A stretch of 64,000 bases of DNA from Thermodesulfobacteriota bacterium. GTDB taxonomy: Bacteria; Desulfobacterota_D; UBA1144; Nemesobacterales; JAJCZQ01. The notes beneath the pieces are model-generated. The model saw only the letters and a list, made by a program, of their open reading frames with translations. It was not told where the DNA came from and ran no database searches. Positions 1 to 9,792 of this stretch are shown piece by piece (the first letter of the stretch is position 1; every line of letters begins with the position of its first letter). The stretch spans positions 1,088,001 through 1,152,000 of the forward strand of contig CBDBDR010000017.1 in NCBI GenBank assembly GCA_965203965.1, given 5' to 3'. Made by a program: the position numbers and the translations under genes.

Positions 1-870
1 ATTCAGTTTGTGAAATTCGTTTTGTTTTTCCCATATCTTTCGAAACTCCAATTGATGCATTTCGCGTTTAGCACGAAACTTCAATTTATCAATAACGATT
101 TCATCTCCACGTTTTTTGCTTTTGTCAAACTCAAAAAGCGTTATACGTTGGGGTGGTATAAGTGAATTTTTTGATTCTTGCCAAATAAACTTTCCGACAG
201 TGCGACCATCAAGTTTTTTACATAACTCCCCGATTGCTTCAAGAACGGGGCGTGTTTCTCTCTTTTGTTCCTTGTCCATTGAATCCAAATCGTCTCGTGG
301 AGTTTCTACATTCAAAGATTCGATGAGTTTTATATACTTTGCGCCGCGATTGCTAAAATAGCCTCGTCTGCGTTGCAAGTGAAGTATCAAGCGGCCGAAC
401 TCATGAGGTTCCAGTTTTTCCTCAAGTGCGAAGTTGCGTATTGCATATACGGAACGATAAAATTTTTCTTTATCATTCCATTTGTTCGACCATTTTTTCC
501 CAATTTTTCGTTCCGCAAATTTGAGGTCAATATCATTAAGTGTTCTTTCTGGGCTTCGTTTGTAGTCGTTAGGCAATAAGCCCCCTTTAATTAACAAATT
601 TATGAGTTCATTGCGCCGTTGTTTGTAATATGTTCTGCGATTGCGATTTCCACGTTCTGACCGTCTTTTTTGGTTTTTGGGGACCTTTTTTTCTCTATCT
701 ATCATCTCCTCAAAAATGCGGGAATTGAGGGCGACAAGGGATGTTGGTTCATATCCACTAAAGACTTCTTTTCCTTTTTTTTTGCAAGAGACTATAGCCC
801 AACCTATGGAGTTTATGCCTATGTCCAAGCCAAGAATGTAAGGAGATTTGTTTGTTTCTTCGTTTGCCAC
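1..870 (-). CDS. cas9: CRISPR-associated endonuclease Cas9 (type II-C-like), 5' 290 codons; continues off the left edge
   Basis: Manual translation from GTG at 870 (GGAG RBS upstream) is open to position 1. It shows RuvC-I YILGLDIGINSIGWA, an Arg-rich bridge helix (NQKRRSERGNRNRRTYYKQRR), and REC motifs YAIRNFALEEKLEPHEFGRLILHLQRRRGYFSNR and REMHQLEFRKIWEKQNEFH. Confidence 0.93.
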   Translation of the reverse strand, partial: MANEETNKSPYILGLDIGINSIGWAIVSCKKKGKEVFSGYEPTSLVALNSRIFEEMIDREKKVPKNQKRRSERGNRNRRTYYKQRRNELINLLIKGGLLPNDYKRSPERTLNDIDLKFAERKIGKKWSNKWNDKEKFYRSVYAIRNFALEEKLEPHEFGRLILHLQRRRGYFSNRGAKYIKLIESLNVETPRDDLDSMDKEQKRETRPVLEAIGELCKKLDGRTVGKFIWQESKNSLIPPQRITLFEFDKSKKRGDEIVIDKLKFRAKREMHQLEFRKIWEKQNEFHKLN

Positions 871-936
871 TAATTTCACTCCAACCTTTTAATTATTCCA
901 CAAATTTGTTCTGATATACAAATTCAAGACTAAATG

Positions 937-964
937 TTGACAACCTCGTATTCTTTGCTATTAT
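937..964 (+). promoter_or_regulatory. sigma70 promoter for the tracrRNA candidate
   Basis: TTGACA (937-942), 16-nt spacer, extended -10 TGcTATTAT (956-964). Confidence 0.7.
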
Positions 965-969
965 AGAAA

Positions 970-1090
970 GCATAAAGTCTATTGTAACTGACTGAAACCT
1001 GCCCAACATTTCAATTCATAAAAAGAACTAATGTTCAGCAGGCTCTCCCTTCGGGGACCTTTATCGCCTCCCTTGTGGGGGCGATTTTTT
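970..1090 (+). ncRNA. putative tracrRNA
   Basis: Divergent from cas9. ATTGTAACTGACTGAAACC anti-repeat-like start at 981, GAAC-taat-GTTC nexus-like hairpin, TCCC-ttcg-GGGA hairpin, then a terminator stem and T-run. Confidence 0.75.
1063..1090 (+). terminator. Rho-independent terminator ending the tracrRNA candidate
   Basis: ATCGCCTCC-cttgt-GGGGGCGAT followed by a T-run. Confidence 0.75.
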
Positions 1091-1135
1091 ATGCCCGAAA
1101 TCATTCACCCTACAATCCCCTGACAATGTTATCAT

Positions 1136-1164
1136 TTGACTTGACAACGATAATGTCATACAAT
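1136..1164 (+). promoter_or_regulatory. sigma70 promoter with a TGACA-N7-TGTCA palindrome filling the spacer
   Basis: TTGACT (1136-1141), 17 nt, TACAAT (1159-1164); inverted repeat at 1142-1158. Confidence 0.5.
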
Positions 1165-1280
1165 CTTTACATACTCAACTATGAGCAGTTCTGAACCACA
1201 TAAGCGTAGTTTGAGATCTAACTTCCATTTGCAACCCGCACTTGCTAACTGTTTTTCCATAGTATTCAGGGATAGTTTTA

Positions 1281-2282
1281 ATGTTTAATGAGATTGACTT
1301 TGTTAAAACCCTGAAAGAGAAGTTTAAAACTGTCCCTGAAGAGGTTTTCCTTGGTATAGGCGATGACTGTGCAGCTATAAGGGTCGCAGAAAACAAACTA
1401 CTGCTCATATCCACTGATTCATTGGTTGAAGACGTTCATTTTTCCACGTCTTATTTCAATCCAAGCGAAATTGCTGAAAAATCTATAGCTGTTTCAATAA
1501 GCGATATTGCCTCAATGGGTGGAGAGCCCAAGTTCATACTTTCCACAATAGGTTTCCCAAAATGCTTAAAACCATCTTTGACTTTGAACAAAAATCAGAC
1601 GCTTATGGATGGTTTATTGCACGGAATTACAAACTCCTGCGACCTTTACAACGTAAAACTGATCGGTGGAAACGTTACAACCAGTGAAAAGCTATTTTTG
1701 GATATAACGGTTCTCGGAGAGGTGGAAGAGTGCAAAATTATCAGAAGAAGCGGCGCCAAGGTAGGAGATCTGGTTTTTGTGACCGGCACACTTGGAGATT
1801 CATCTTTAGGATTAAAACTGCTCAAACACGGAGATGGGTTTGAAAGTGAAAGTATAGCGAGTGCACACAAAGCACCCAAGCCAAGAATAGAGATTGGCAG
1901 AAAGCTTTCCGAGTTGGACTTGGCAAGCTCTATGATTGACGTAAGCGACGGACTGCTGATTGACCTTGAAAGAATAACAACCTGCCAGGGCGTGGGAGCA
2001 GAGATCTACGTGCAAAAAATCCCTTTATCCGATAACTACGTGAAATTGATCTCAAGATTTGAAGATGACATTTTCAAACTATCACTTACTGGTGGGGAAG
2101 ATTATGAGCTTTTATTCACTTCACCAAAAGAATGCAAAGATGAAGTAAAAAGGCTTTCAACGTCGGCTGGCATAAATATCTCAGAGATTGGATCTGTAAC
2201 AAACGAAAAGAGCGTAAAAGTTACAGACAATGAAGGAAATGCCATAAGCTACGAAAAAGGAGGTTTTATACACATCAACTAA
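1281..2282 (+). CDS. thiL: thiamine-monophosphate kinase
   Basis: GIGDDCA, STDSLVEDVHF, SDIASMGG, MIDVSDGL and GGEDYELLFT motifs. Confidence 0.95.
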   Translation: MFNEIDFVKTLKEKFKTVPEEVFLGIGDDCAAIRVAENKLLLISTDSLVEDVHFSTSYFNPSEIAEKSIAVSISDIASMGGEPKFILSTIGFPKCLKPSLTLNKNQTLMDGLLHGITNSCDLYNVKLIGGNVTTSEKLFLDITVLGEVEECKIIRRSGAKVGDLVFVTGTLGDSSLGLKLLKHGDGFESESIASAHKAPKPRIEIGRKLSELDLASSMIDVSDGLLIDLERITTCQGVGAEIYVQKIPLSDNYVKLISRFEDDIFKLSLTGGEDYELLFTSPKECKDEVKRLSTSAGINISEIGSVTNEKSVKVTDNEGNAISYEKGGFIHIN

Positions 2283-2285
2283 TTC

Positions 2286-3638
2286 ATGGAAACAGCTTTT
2301 ATATACAACTTGATCCTTATAATCTTGCTTTTGCTTGGCTCTGCTTTTTTCTGTTTTGCGGAAGGTTCACTGTTCTCTTTAAGCAGGCATCAGAAACAAA
2401 GTCTGTTTAAGGAAAACACAAGAACCAGCAGGGTTATAAAAAAACTGCTCAGCAGCCCTTTTAAACTCATAGTCACCATTCTTTTAGCGGACGAGGTCGT
2501 CAATGTGGCATTTTCAAGCATTGTTGGTCTTACCGTGCATAGCTTGATGACAGACTCTTCGGAAAAGATGATCACCATTATCTCAATAGCTATTGCTTCT
2601 CCCACACTATTGCTCGTGGGTGAGATAGGTCCAAAAACCATAGCCGTGAAGTTCCCCCGTGCAATAGCAAAAGCGGTTGCCTATCCCTTGCATATCTTTC
2701 ACACACTTATTACACCCGTAAGGTGGGTCATAACGGTTTTATCCATAGGTTTTACGAAACTTTTGGGAGGTAAGATCGAGTATAAGGAACACGGCGGATT
2801 TTCAACGGACGAGCTGAAAATACTGCTCGGAATAAGCAATGAAGAAGGTTTGCTAAATGAAGTTGAAAACAATCTCGTCAGCAGCTTCTACAAGCTGGAA
2901 AGATTGCCCGTTTATAAAATAATGACCCCAAACATTGACTGCTTTATGCTCTCTGCCGGAAGAACCGTCAGGGAGGCAGTATATGAAATAAAAAAAAGGG
3001 GATATTCAAGAACACCCGTATATAAGGATGAGACTGACAACGTCATAGGAATTCTGTTCAGTAAAGATCTGGTAACTTCAAATGCACTTATTGTCAACAA
3101 CGGGAACAACCCAGTGGAAGAATATTTGAAGAAACCTTATTTCATTCCAAGAACTAAAATGGCACTTGAACTACTGAGAGAATTTCAAGGAAATCGCATA
3201 CACATGGCTATCGTTGTGGACGAATACGGGCGAGTGGATGGACTTGTTACAATGGAGAATATACTGGAAGAACTGTTTGGAAAAATTGATGATGAAACCC
3301 AGCTTGACGTCAACCCAAAAGTCCAAATATCGGACTATGGATTAACCGCTGTGGGAACTATGAAGATAGAAAATTTTAATGAAAATTACCTGTTTACAGT
3401 CGCAAGACTGGGTGGAATTGAAAACCTGTATGAAAATCTACAAAACTCAATACTGCCCGTTGAGGAAGAACATGAAACTTTGGGGGGATTCATCTTTGAT
3501 CTTTTCGGAAGGTTCCCTATTGAGGGCGAGAGCATTAATTACGGGAGTCTCCGATTTACCATAATGAAAATATACAAAAAAAGAATAGAAGAGATAAAAG
3601 TAGAACTTACAGAAAAGGAGATAACCAATGTCGCTTGA
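2286..3638 (+). CDS. CNNM/HlyC/CorC family transporter (DUF21-CBS-CorC)
   Basis: SAFF..AE TM start, GEIGPK, CBS pair with YSRTPVY and VDEYG, C-terminal TLGGF. Confidence 0.9.
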   Translation: METAFIYNLILIILLLLGSAFFCFAEGSLFSLSRHQKQSLFKENTRTSRVIKKLLSSPFKLIVTILLADEVVNVAFSSIVGLTVHSLMTDSSEKMITIISIAIASPTLLLVGEIGPKTIAVKFPRAIAKAVAYPLHIFHTLITPVRWVITVLSIGFTKLLGGKIEYKEHGGFSTDELKILLGISNEEGLLNEVENNLVSSFYKLERLPVYKIMTPNIDCFMLSAGRTVREAVYEIKKRGYSRTPVYKDETDNVIGILFSKDLVTSNALIVNNGNNPVEEYLKKPYFIPRTKMALELLREFQGNRIHMAIVVDEYGRVDGLVTMENILEELFGKIDDETQLDVNPKVQISDYGLTAVGTMKIENFNENYLFTVARLGGIENLYENLQNSILPVEEEHETLGGFIFDLFGRFPIEGESINYGSLRFTIMKIYKKRIEEIKVELTEKEITNVA

Positions 3639-4851
3639 ATTGGTAATAATTTCCATCGCGGGACTTATACTATTGCAGGCGTTTTTTGCTGGCTCCGAAA
3701 TTGCACTTATTTCCTGTGATAAGATAAAGATGAGATCACTGGAGGAGAGTGGTTCAAAAAGTGCAAGTCTTGTGCTAAGAGCCTACAATGAAGTTGATAA
3801 ATTTCTTGGCACTTCCCTTATTGGTATCAATCTCGCATTAATCACAGCAACTCTGCTGCTCACTTTTTATATTAAAAGCAATTACGGCAAAGGTAGTGAG
3901 TTTTACACCGCATTGATCCTGTCACCAATAATTGTGATTTTTGGTCAAGTTGTTCCAAAATCTATTTTTCAGAGTAACAGCAACAAGATGATCCTCTGGG
4001 TAATCTACCCACTATGGATAGCCTCAAAGATACTTTTTCCAGTTCTTATAGTGGTAAGAATATTTACCAAATCCATCTTAAAAATAATTGGAAAGCAGGA
4101 TTCAAGCATCACACGGGATGAGCTTATAGACGTGATTGAAGGGGACAAGAAAAAACCTGTTACTGATTTTCGCATACGCGTTCTGAAAAGGATATTCGGG
4201 TTTTCAGAAACGACTGTTGATGAAATTATGATCCCACTTGTTAATCTTGATGCAATTGACCATAAAGCAACTGTTGAAGATGCAGCCAGATTGATAAAAG
4301 ATACTGGTCATACAAGAATTCCGGTTTACGATGAAAGAATTGATAATATAACGGGATTACTACATTCATTTTATCTGCTGGGAGACGTGGATATGGCAGA
4401 CCCTGTGAAAAAATACGCACTCAAACCGTTTTACGTTCCCGAGTCAAAACCCGTTAGCAACCTGCTTGATGAAATGAAACAGGGAAGAGCGGGAATGGCA
4501 ATAGTGGTTGATGAATACGGCGGCGCCGTTGGTGCAATCACACTTGAAGATATATTGGAAGAAGTTGTCGGTGAAATTGAAGATGAACATGATATGAGAA
4601 TAAAGCTATGGAGAAAAACGGGAGACAATAGCTACCTTGTAAACCCGGTCATAGAGATCGATAAAATCAACGATGATATTGGTCTTGGAATACCCAAAGG
4701 CGAGGACTATGACACGCTTGGAGGTTTTTTACTCTATAGATATGGATCTTTTCCGAAGGTTGGTGAAAAAATAACTTTCAAGAACTTGACCTTTGAGATA
4801 AGCAAAGCCACCCTCAGATCAATAGAGGAAGTAAAACTTACAGTAAAGTAA
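3628..4851 (+). CDS. CNNM/HlyC/CorC family transporter, second paralogue
   Basis: [29 protein letters not shown]...[15 protein letters not shown]. Confidence 0.9.
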   Translation: MSLELVIISIAGLILLQAFFAGSEIALISCDKIKMRSLEESGSKSASLVLRAYNEVDKFLGTSLIGINLALITATLLLTFYIKSNYGKGSEFYTALILSPIIVIFGQVVPKSIFQSNSNKMILWVIYPLWIASKILFPVLIVVRIFTKSILKIIGKQDSSITRDELIDVIEGDKKKPVTDFRIRVLKRIFGFSETTVDEIMIPLVNLDAIDHKATVEDAARLIKDTGHTRIPVYDERIDNITGLLHSFYLLGDVDMADPVKKYALKPFYVPESKPVSNLLDEMKQGRAGMAIVVDEYGGAVGAITLEDILEEVVGEIEDEHDMRIKLWRKTGDNSYLVNPVIEIDKINDDIGLGIPKGEDYDTLGGFLLYRYGSFPKVGEKITFKNLTFEISKATLRSIEEVKLTVK

Positions 4852-4864
4852 GGCAATAATTCCA

Positions 4865-5449
4865 TTATACTTTTAAGTGTTTCTTAATTATTGCTTCATA
4901 CGTCTCCGTTGACTGTGCTCCATGCACCCTGAATCCATTGAAGTAAACTGTCGGCACGCCTGTCACCATATTCTCTGCCGCCGATCTTTTGTTGCTATCC
5001 ACCCGGTCTCTCATAGCTCCCGATCTGAGTTTTTCCTCAAGTTCTTCAGTATTCAAATTGACTTTTTCACCAATTTCTAACACAACGTCCAACTGCCCAA
5101 TATTTTCCCCTTTCATAAAATAATAGTCGTATGCCTTATTGTGAAACTGTATGAAACTGCCTTTGCTTTCAGCATACTCAGATGCTTCAAGGCAAAGAGT
5201 GGAGTTCGTTATAAAACCCGGAAGGTTTATTTTTACCCCATCCTCCATGGCAACCTCACAAAGATACTGGGCAAGTTGTTCCGTCTTGATGGTCTTTTTT
5301 ATTTTTCTACCCTCAGAACTAAGTCCGGGATGGATTTCAATACCTTTCCAGTCAATTTTAAGATCCAGTTCATCCGGCAATCTTTGAAGCCTTCGTGATG
5401 CCACACAACAAAAAGGACACGTATAATCGTAATAAAAAACGGTTGCCAT
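4865..5449 (-). CDS. DsbA/FrnE family oxidoreductase
   Basis: YYDYTCPFC, VTGVPT, GAQS. Confidence 0.88.
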   Translation of the reverse strand: MATVFYYDYTCPFCCVASRRLQRLPDELDLKIDWKGIEIHPGLSSEGRKIKKTIKTEQLAQYLCEVAMEDGVKINLPGFITNSTLCLEASEYAESKGSFIQFHNKAYDYYFMKGENIGQLDVVLEIGEKVNLNTEELEEKLRSGAMRDRVDSNKRSAAENMVTGVPTVYFNGFRVHGAQSTETYEAIIKKHLKV

Positions 5450-5456
5450 ATTAATA

Positions 5457-5918
5457 TTATTTTTTTTCCAGCATGTAGATTATTGAATCTGAAGTCAACC
5501 CCTTATGACCGCCAATGACCATTTTTTCATCACCCTTGCCATAGGTCTGAGTATATTCATTCTCTTCTATGAGTTTCCACCCGTGTCTGTTGGACTCATA
5601 GGAATAAAATTCTTCAACTTTATCGCTGCCTTTGATTTTGAACATCCAGATCGGATTTTCACCTATTCCAAATGAAATTCCCACACTCTCCGTAATCCCG
5701 GGGTATGGAGTAAAACCTACTCCTAACAATCTGTCTTTAGCAGTGCTTTGAAAAAACAGGACAACAGCAAGGGCTGGTATGAGAAAAAAAGTCAATAATA
5801 GACAAGATACCCTTGCAAGACGGAAAAATTTTTCATCATCCTTTTTATAGCCGATATAATAAGAGACTCCCAGCAAAACAAGTGAAAAAGCCATCAGCAA
5901 AACGACAGACCTTTCCAT
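5457..5918 (-). CDS. hypothetical membrane protein
   Basis: 153-aa ORF with two N-terminal TM segments, tightly packed between neighbours. Confidence 0.6.
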   Translation of the reverse strand: MERSVVLLMAFSLVLLGVSYYIGYKKDDEKFFRLARVSCLLLTFFLIPALAVVLFFQSTAKDRLLGVGFTPYPGITESVGISFGIGENPIWMFKIKGSDKVEEFYSYESNRHGWKLIEENEYTQTYGKGDEKMVIGGHKGLTSDSIIYMLEKK

Positions 5919-5919
5919 G

Positions 5920-6930
5920 CTACCTAATGTCCGCTCCCTTTATCATTTTCCAACAAGTGATCAGATCTTCTGTTCTAAAACTTCTCATAAGACTTGAATA
6001 AGAAACATGTTCAGAAGGCTTTGCCGGGTCAAATTCAATTATCCACAGGGGCATGGTTCCATTGGGAAGGGATGAATATCTGGGGTCTCCAATTTTGTTT
6101 TTACCCTCCCTTGACAGATAACCTCTCGTAAAACGGTTAAATCTCATTATGTCCTTGTAAAGAACAGAGTTTTTATCCAGCTCCGGGTATTCATCTTCTA
6201 TTACAAACCTTTTGACGGAACCCCCACTGTAGAACTTTGGCTCGGAAAATGGAACTAACCTTATGGTATCAACGTGATATTTTCCATCGCTTAGATAAAC
6301 ACTTCTCCATATCACCATGTTGGCAATACTCGGGTAGACCAGAACTTGTTCAGCATCATGCCCCCGTATCAATGCAATCTCTAAAAGGTAATCTTTAGCC
6401 GTTGCTTTTTGATGTAATCCAAGCAAAAGATACGATACGCAGAACAATACCCCTATTCTCGCAATTAATTTTGATTTCTTGGTCAGTGCAAATATTACAA
6501 ACAGCATAAGTAGCAGCGTAAATATAGGATCTACAATAGAGACGTTGTCCCACGAAAATCGAAAGTTTGAAATGGGCCAGAGCAACTCCGTCCCATAAGT
6601 CGTGCAGGTATCAAGCAGTCCGTGTGTTGCGTAACCAAGAGTGGAATACAAGAAGACCTTGCCAAACTTCATCTTTCTTTTGAATATGAGCCAGAAAACT
6701 ACCGCCATGATAAATCCACCAACCGGTATAAAAGCGAGGGAGTGAGTAAACTGCCTATGGTAATCAAAAAAAATCAGAGGATCTTTGCTTGACATTATCA
6801 AGACCAAGACGTCCAAGTCTGCTGACATCCCTGATAATGAACCTATAAGTGTAACTTTCCCAACCTCTTTTGGACTAGAGATACTCTGCGGAAAAATCGC
6901 TCCTGTTAATCCTTGACTTATTGGATCCAT
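5920..6930 (-). CDS. metal-dependent membrane hydrolase (YdjM/YfhP-like)
   Basis: MDPISQ, DLDV, HRQFTHSL, HGLLDTCTTYGT.LLWP. Confidence 0.85.
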   Translation of the reverse strand: MDPISQGLTGAIFPQSISSPKEVGKVTLIGSLSGMSADLDVLVLIMSSKDPLIFFDYHRQFTHSLAFIPVGGFIMAVVFWLIFKRKMKFGKVFLYSTLGYATHGLLDTCTTYGTELLWPISNFRFSWDNVSIVDPIFTLLLMLFVIFALTKKSKLIARIGVLFCVSYLLLGLHQKATAKDYLLEIALIRGHDAEQVLVYPSIANMVIWRSVYLSDGKYHVDTIRLVPFSEPKFYSGGSVKRFVIEDEYPELDKNSVLYKDIMRFNRFTRGYLSREGKNKIGDPRYSSLPNGTMPLWIIEFDPAKPSEHVSYSSLMRSFRTEDLITCWKMIKGADIR

Positions 6931-7012
6931 GGTCTAAAAATGAAATATGTTATAATCTAAACTAAATATTTTATAAAAACACTACTTGTTTGATTTAAAA
7001 GGAGGCAGTGAG

Positions 7013-7894
7013 ATGGACATTTTTGAAACTATCGGAAACAGACGGAGCATAAGATTCTTTAAACCATGGAAAGAGGTTGAAGACTGGAAAGTCCAGATGA
7101 TGTTGCAGGCGGCGAGATACGCATCCTGTCAGGGCAACTGTGGATCAACGGAAGCAATTATAATTGATAAGAAAAACTACCCTGAGGAAAAATTTGAACA
7201 GATAGTGGAATGTGCCTCACCCTTTAACGAAATACAGTTAAGGCAGGCACCTATAGTAATTGCCTGGCTGATAAATTTAGACGCATGGTATAAGGAGCTT
7301 GTGCAGTCATTCGCGGTTCTTTTTCCTTCAAGAGCTATTACCGCTGCTCACGGCTGGACTTATGAGTTACTTACCGAGCAAACCTATCCGAGGCTTATGA
7401 GCTTTCCAAAAGAAAGAACAGAAGACCTATTGAGGGTTGAAGCGGGTCAAGCAATAGCAAATGCTTTCCTTATGGCGACCGAACTCGGACTTGGATGTTG
7501 CCTTCTCGCAACTGGAAGAAAACCAACAGAATTTCCCAAGGTGCTGGGCACTCCTGAAAACATTGTCCCAATCTGGCTTATGGCAGTTGGTTATGCAGCC
7601 GAGACTCCAGGACAAAGACCGAGAAAACGCTTTGACAAACTGTTTCATCACAATGTTTACGGCAAACCCCTTGAGGAAGACAAGGAAGTTAAAGAGGAAC
7701 TTACAGCACTCGGTTTGATCCAACCCAAAGACCCACTTCCGGGAAGAGAGGAAGAGTTGAAACATATTTGCAGGATGTTCGGCTTTAAGGAAGACATGCC
7801 AGATATGCCAAAAGATAAGATAAAAGAGATGTATGACGAAGATTCAATTTATTACGGTGAATTACCACCGGATCTGGAAAAGAAGGGAGTTTGA
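7013..7894 (+). CDS. nitroreductase family protein
   Basis: GGAGG RBS before ATG 7013; RRSIRFF, APIVI, LMATELGLGCC, AVGY, RPRK. Confidence 0.85.
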   Translation: MDIFETIGNRRSIRFFKPWKEVEDWKVQMMLQAARYASCQGNCGSTEAIIIDKKNYPEEKFEQIVECASPFNEIQLRQAPIVIAWLINLDAWYKELVQSFAVLFPSRAITAAHGWTYELLTEQTYPRLMSFPKERTEDLLRVEAGQAIANAFLMATELGLGCCLLATGRKPTEFPKVLGTPENIVPIWLMAVGYAAETPGQRPRKRFDKLFHHNVYGKPLEEDKEVKEELTALGLIQPKDPLPGREEELKHICRMFGFKEDMPDMPKDKIKEMYDEDSIYYGELPPDLEKKGV

Positions 7895-7922
7895 TTGAAC
7901 GGTCTACCTACGGGTCAGATAT

Positions 7923-9731
7923 TTATTTTAATTCAATAAATATATCGGCACTTATGCTACTTATTTGGGGTTTGTTGCTGATATATTGGCCTGATATCAT
8001 CGTGAAACGGACTTTTATTTTGACCAAGTCATTACTTTCTTCCACTGTCATTAATTGTGGTTCAACCATACGTGGATGTAAGGTTTTATTCTTTATATTA
8101 TCAACTACTTTATCAAGATTAAGATTGATAAGGCTTTGTTGATATTTGCCTATATCCAGGGCTCCATTCTTGTTGATAGTTAAAAAATATCTATGTCCAT
8201 CTATATCAAAAAATCTGCTCTCATTTGAAGATAAAGCCACTTCAACCGCATATTTGTATCCCGCGATCTCAGTTGGTGATATAGAAGTGCTAATCCTGTA
8301 ATTAAATCTACTTTGTTCAGTTGATTCTTTTTGCCATTCCTGCACAGGATCAATCCCCATAAGTCTCACTATCTTGTATGGATCCTTTTTATCATCCAGA
8401 CCACCCTCAAACCACTCTGAGATATTATCCGTTCTGTGTGTATCAAACAGGTACTTGACAATTGAACTGATCTGCTTTCTATCCTTATAACTCACTTCCC
8501 CTTTGGCTTTCTCAATCCTGTTATTTACAAGTATTTTGTTTTTAACAAGGAGTTCATTCAACCTGCTTACTTGGCTATTTTCTGAAACTGAATAAACACC
8601 CCACGGTCCAAAGGAGGTCAACATCGCCAATATAAAAAGCGATATTGGTATGAGTTTTATATTTCTTGCCTTACTGAAATTAAAGTAAATTGATATTGCG
8701 AAAAGCCATACTCCAAGAACGAATATAAAGTATCTCTGCTCCGTTATACCGTAGTCCGAAACTCTTCTCCAGACCGCTGTGAGATGCAAAATGACAAGTG
8801 GAATAATAGCTATATAAAAAAACTTTGAATAACTTCTGACCCATTTGTTATCGGCTCTGTCTCGGATTGGATAAAGCAGCAAAAATGAAAACAGTCCGAG
8901 TATAGAGATGCCTGAGACCAAAATAGCAACCCATCCCCTCGGCAATTCCCAAACAATAGCCATTTTTGCCGCATAAATATAGAGAATAACAAAGTAGACA
9001 AGTGTTAGTGGGATCAAAATATACTGTGTAAATATTTTTAGACCCTTTGAATACTCTTTTACCTTATCCAATCCATCATAGTCCTTGGGAACATCTGCAA
9101 GGAAAAAAGTTGTATGGAATACAAACACAACTATCAGCCATAGATATAAATAGTAATCCCCTCTTATATGAACTCCCAGCAACTTGTCTATTGATGTTAA
9201 CGCTAACGTAAGTCCGATAAACAGGACAAAGAAAAACAAAAATGAGGTTAGAAATCTTATGAACAAAACCTTATTGAACTCATAAAATCCATTTGGTTCA
9301 TCTATGTTTATATAAGCTGCAAAAGAAGCCAGTAGGTGAAAACAAAATAACAGATGAAAAAATCTTGTACTACCTAGAATTTTTAGTTGAGGTTGAGAAA
9401 TATCATTTACACTAAAGTAGTAAGCAACAAGAACAGCTATACCAAGCAAGATAACTAAAAATTTCTTTGTTAGATCAATGTCTTTTCTCTCGTTAAATAC
9501 AGCTATTGAGAAAAACAGTGGAATTCCAAGTATTGAGGTAAATGCGAGTTTTAAGGCATGCCTATACAGGTCAGTATGGGTGCCTCCTTCCATCTCCATA
9601 GCTACGATAAAGCATATTACCGAAAGTACAGAAGCCAGTATTACAATAGGGAATCTGTTTATGACCAATCGTATTTTGGGAATGATCGCTTTAATTGAAA
9701 AAAAACTTTCCATTGTTAAAAATATACTCAA
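7923..9731 (-). CDS. DUF4153-like membrane protein (start may be ATG 9713)
   Basis: Multi-TM; YILIPL..VY..ILY.Y, RRVSDYGITEQRY, FGPWG..SVS..SQ..RL. Confidence 0.75.
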   Translation of the reverse strand: MSIFLTMESFFSIKAIIPKIRLVINRFPIVILASVLSVICFIVAMEMEGGTHTDLYRHALKLAFTSILGIPLFFSIAVFNERKDIDLTKKFLVILLGIAVLVAYYFSVNDISQPQLKILGSTRFFHLLFCFHLLASFAAYINIDEPNGFYEFNKVLFIRFLTSFLFFFVLFIGLTLALTSIDKLLGVHIRGDYYLYLWLIVVFVFHTTFFLADVPKDYDGLDKVKEYSKGLKIFTQYILIPLTLVYFVILYIYAAKMAIVWELPRGWVAILVSGISILGLFSFLLLYPIRDRADNKWVRSYSKFFYIAIIPLVILHLTAVWRRVSDYGITEQRYFIFVLGVWLFAISIYFNFSKARNIKLIPISLFILAMLTSFGPWGVYSVSENSQVSRLNELLVKNKILVNNRIEKAKGEVSYKDRKQISSIVKYLFDTHRTDNISEWFEGGLDDKKDPYKIVRLMGIDPVQEWQKESTEQSRFNYRISTSISPTEIAGYKYAVEVALSSNESRFFDIDGHRYFLTINKNGALDIGKYQQSLINLNLDKVVDNIKNKTLHPRMVEPQLMTVEESNDLVKIKVRFTMISGQYISNKPQISSISADIFIELK

Positions 9732-9792
9732 AGCAAATGAGTTTCCATGTTCTTATTTTGTTACTTCCCCAATTTGCGTTAAATTATTAACC

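Noticed and set aside
116..873. Four short + strand ORFs (116-361, 373-579, 641-841, 670-873)
   Set aside because: Antisense shadows of the cas9 frame; no motifs.
927..980. Imperfect inverted repeat AGACTAAATG/CATAAAGTCT around the tracr promoter, as a possible tracr-L-like autoregulation site
   Set aside because: Only 8 of 10 positions match in AT-rich DNA, and no internal repeat mimic was seen that would form a natural sgRNA.
1..1280. CRISPR repeat-spacer array
   Set aside because: No regularly spaced repeats were seen here or elsewhere in the window; only a single anti-repeat-like sequence.
9478..9792. 105-aa N-terminal extension of HisB in the ORF track (possible fusion)
   Set aside because: It overlaps the antisense DUF4153 gene and has no phosphatase motifs; the real start is about 9793.
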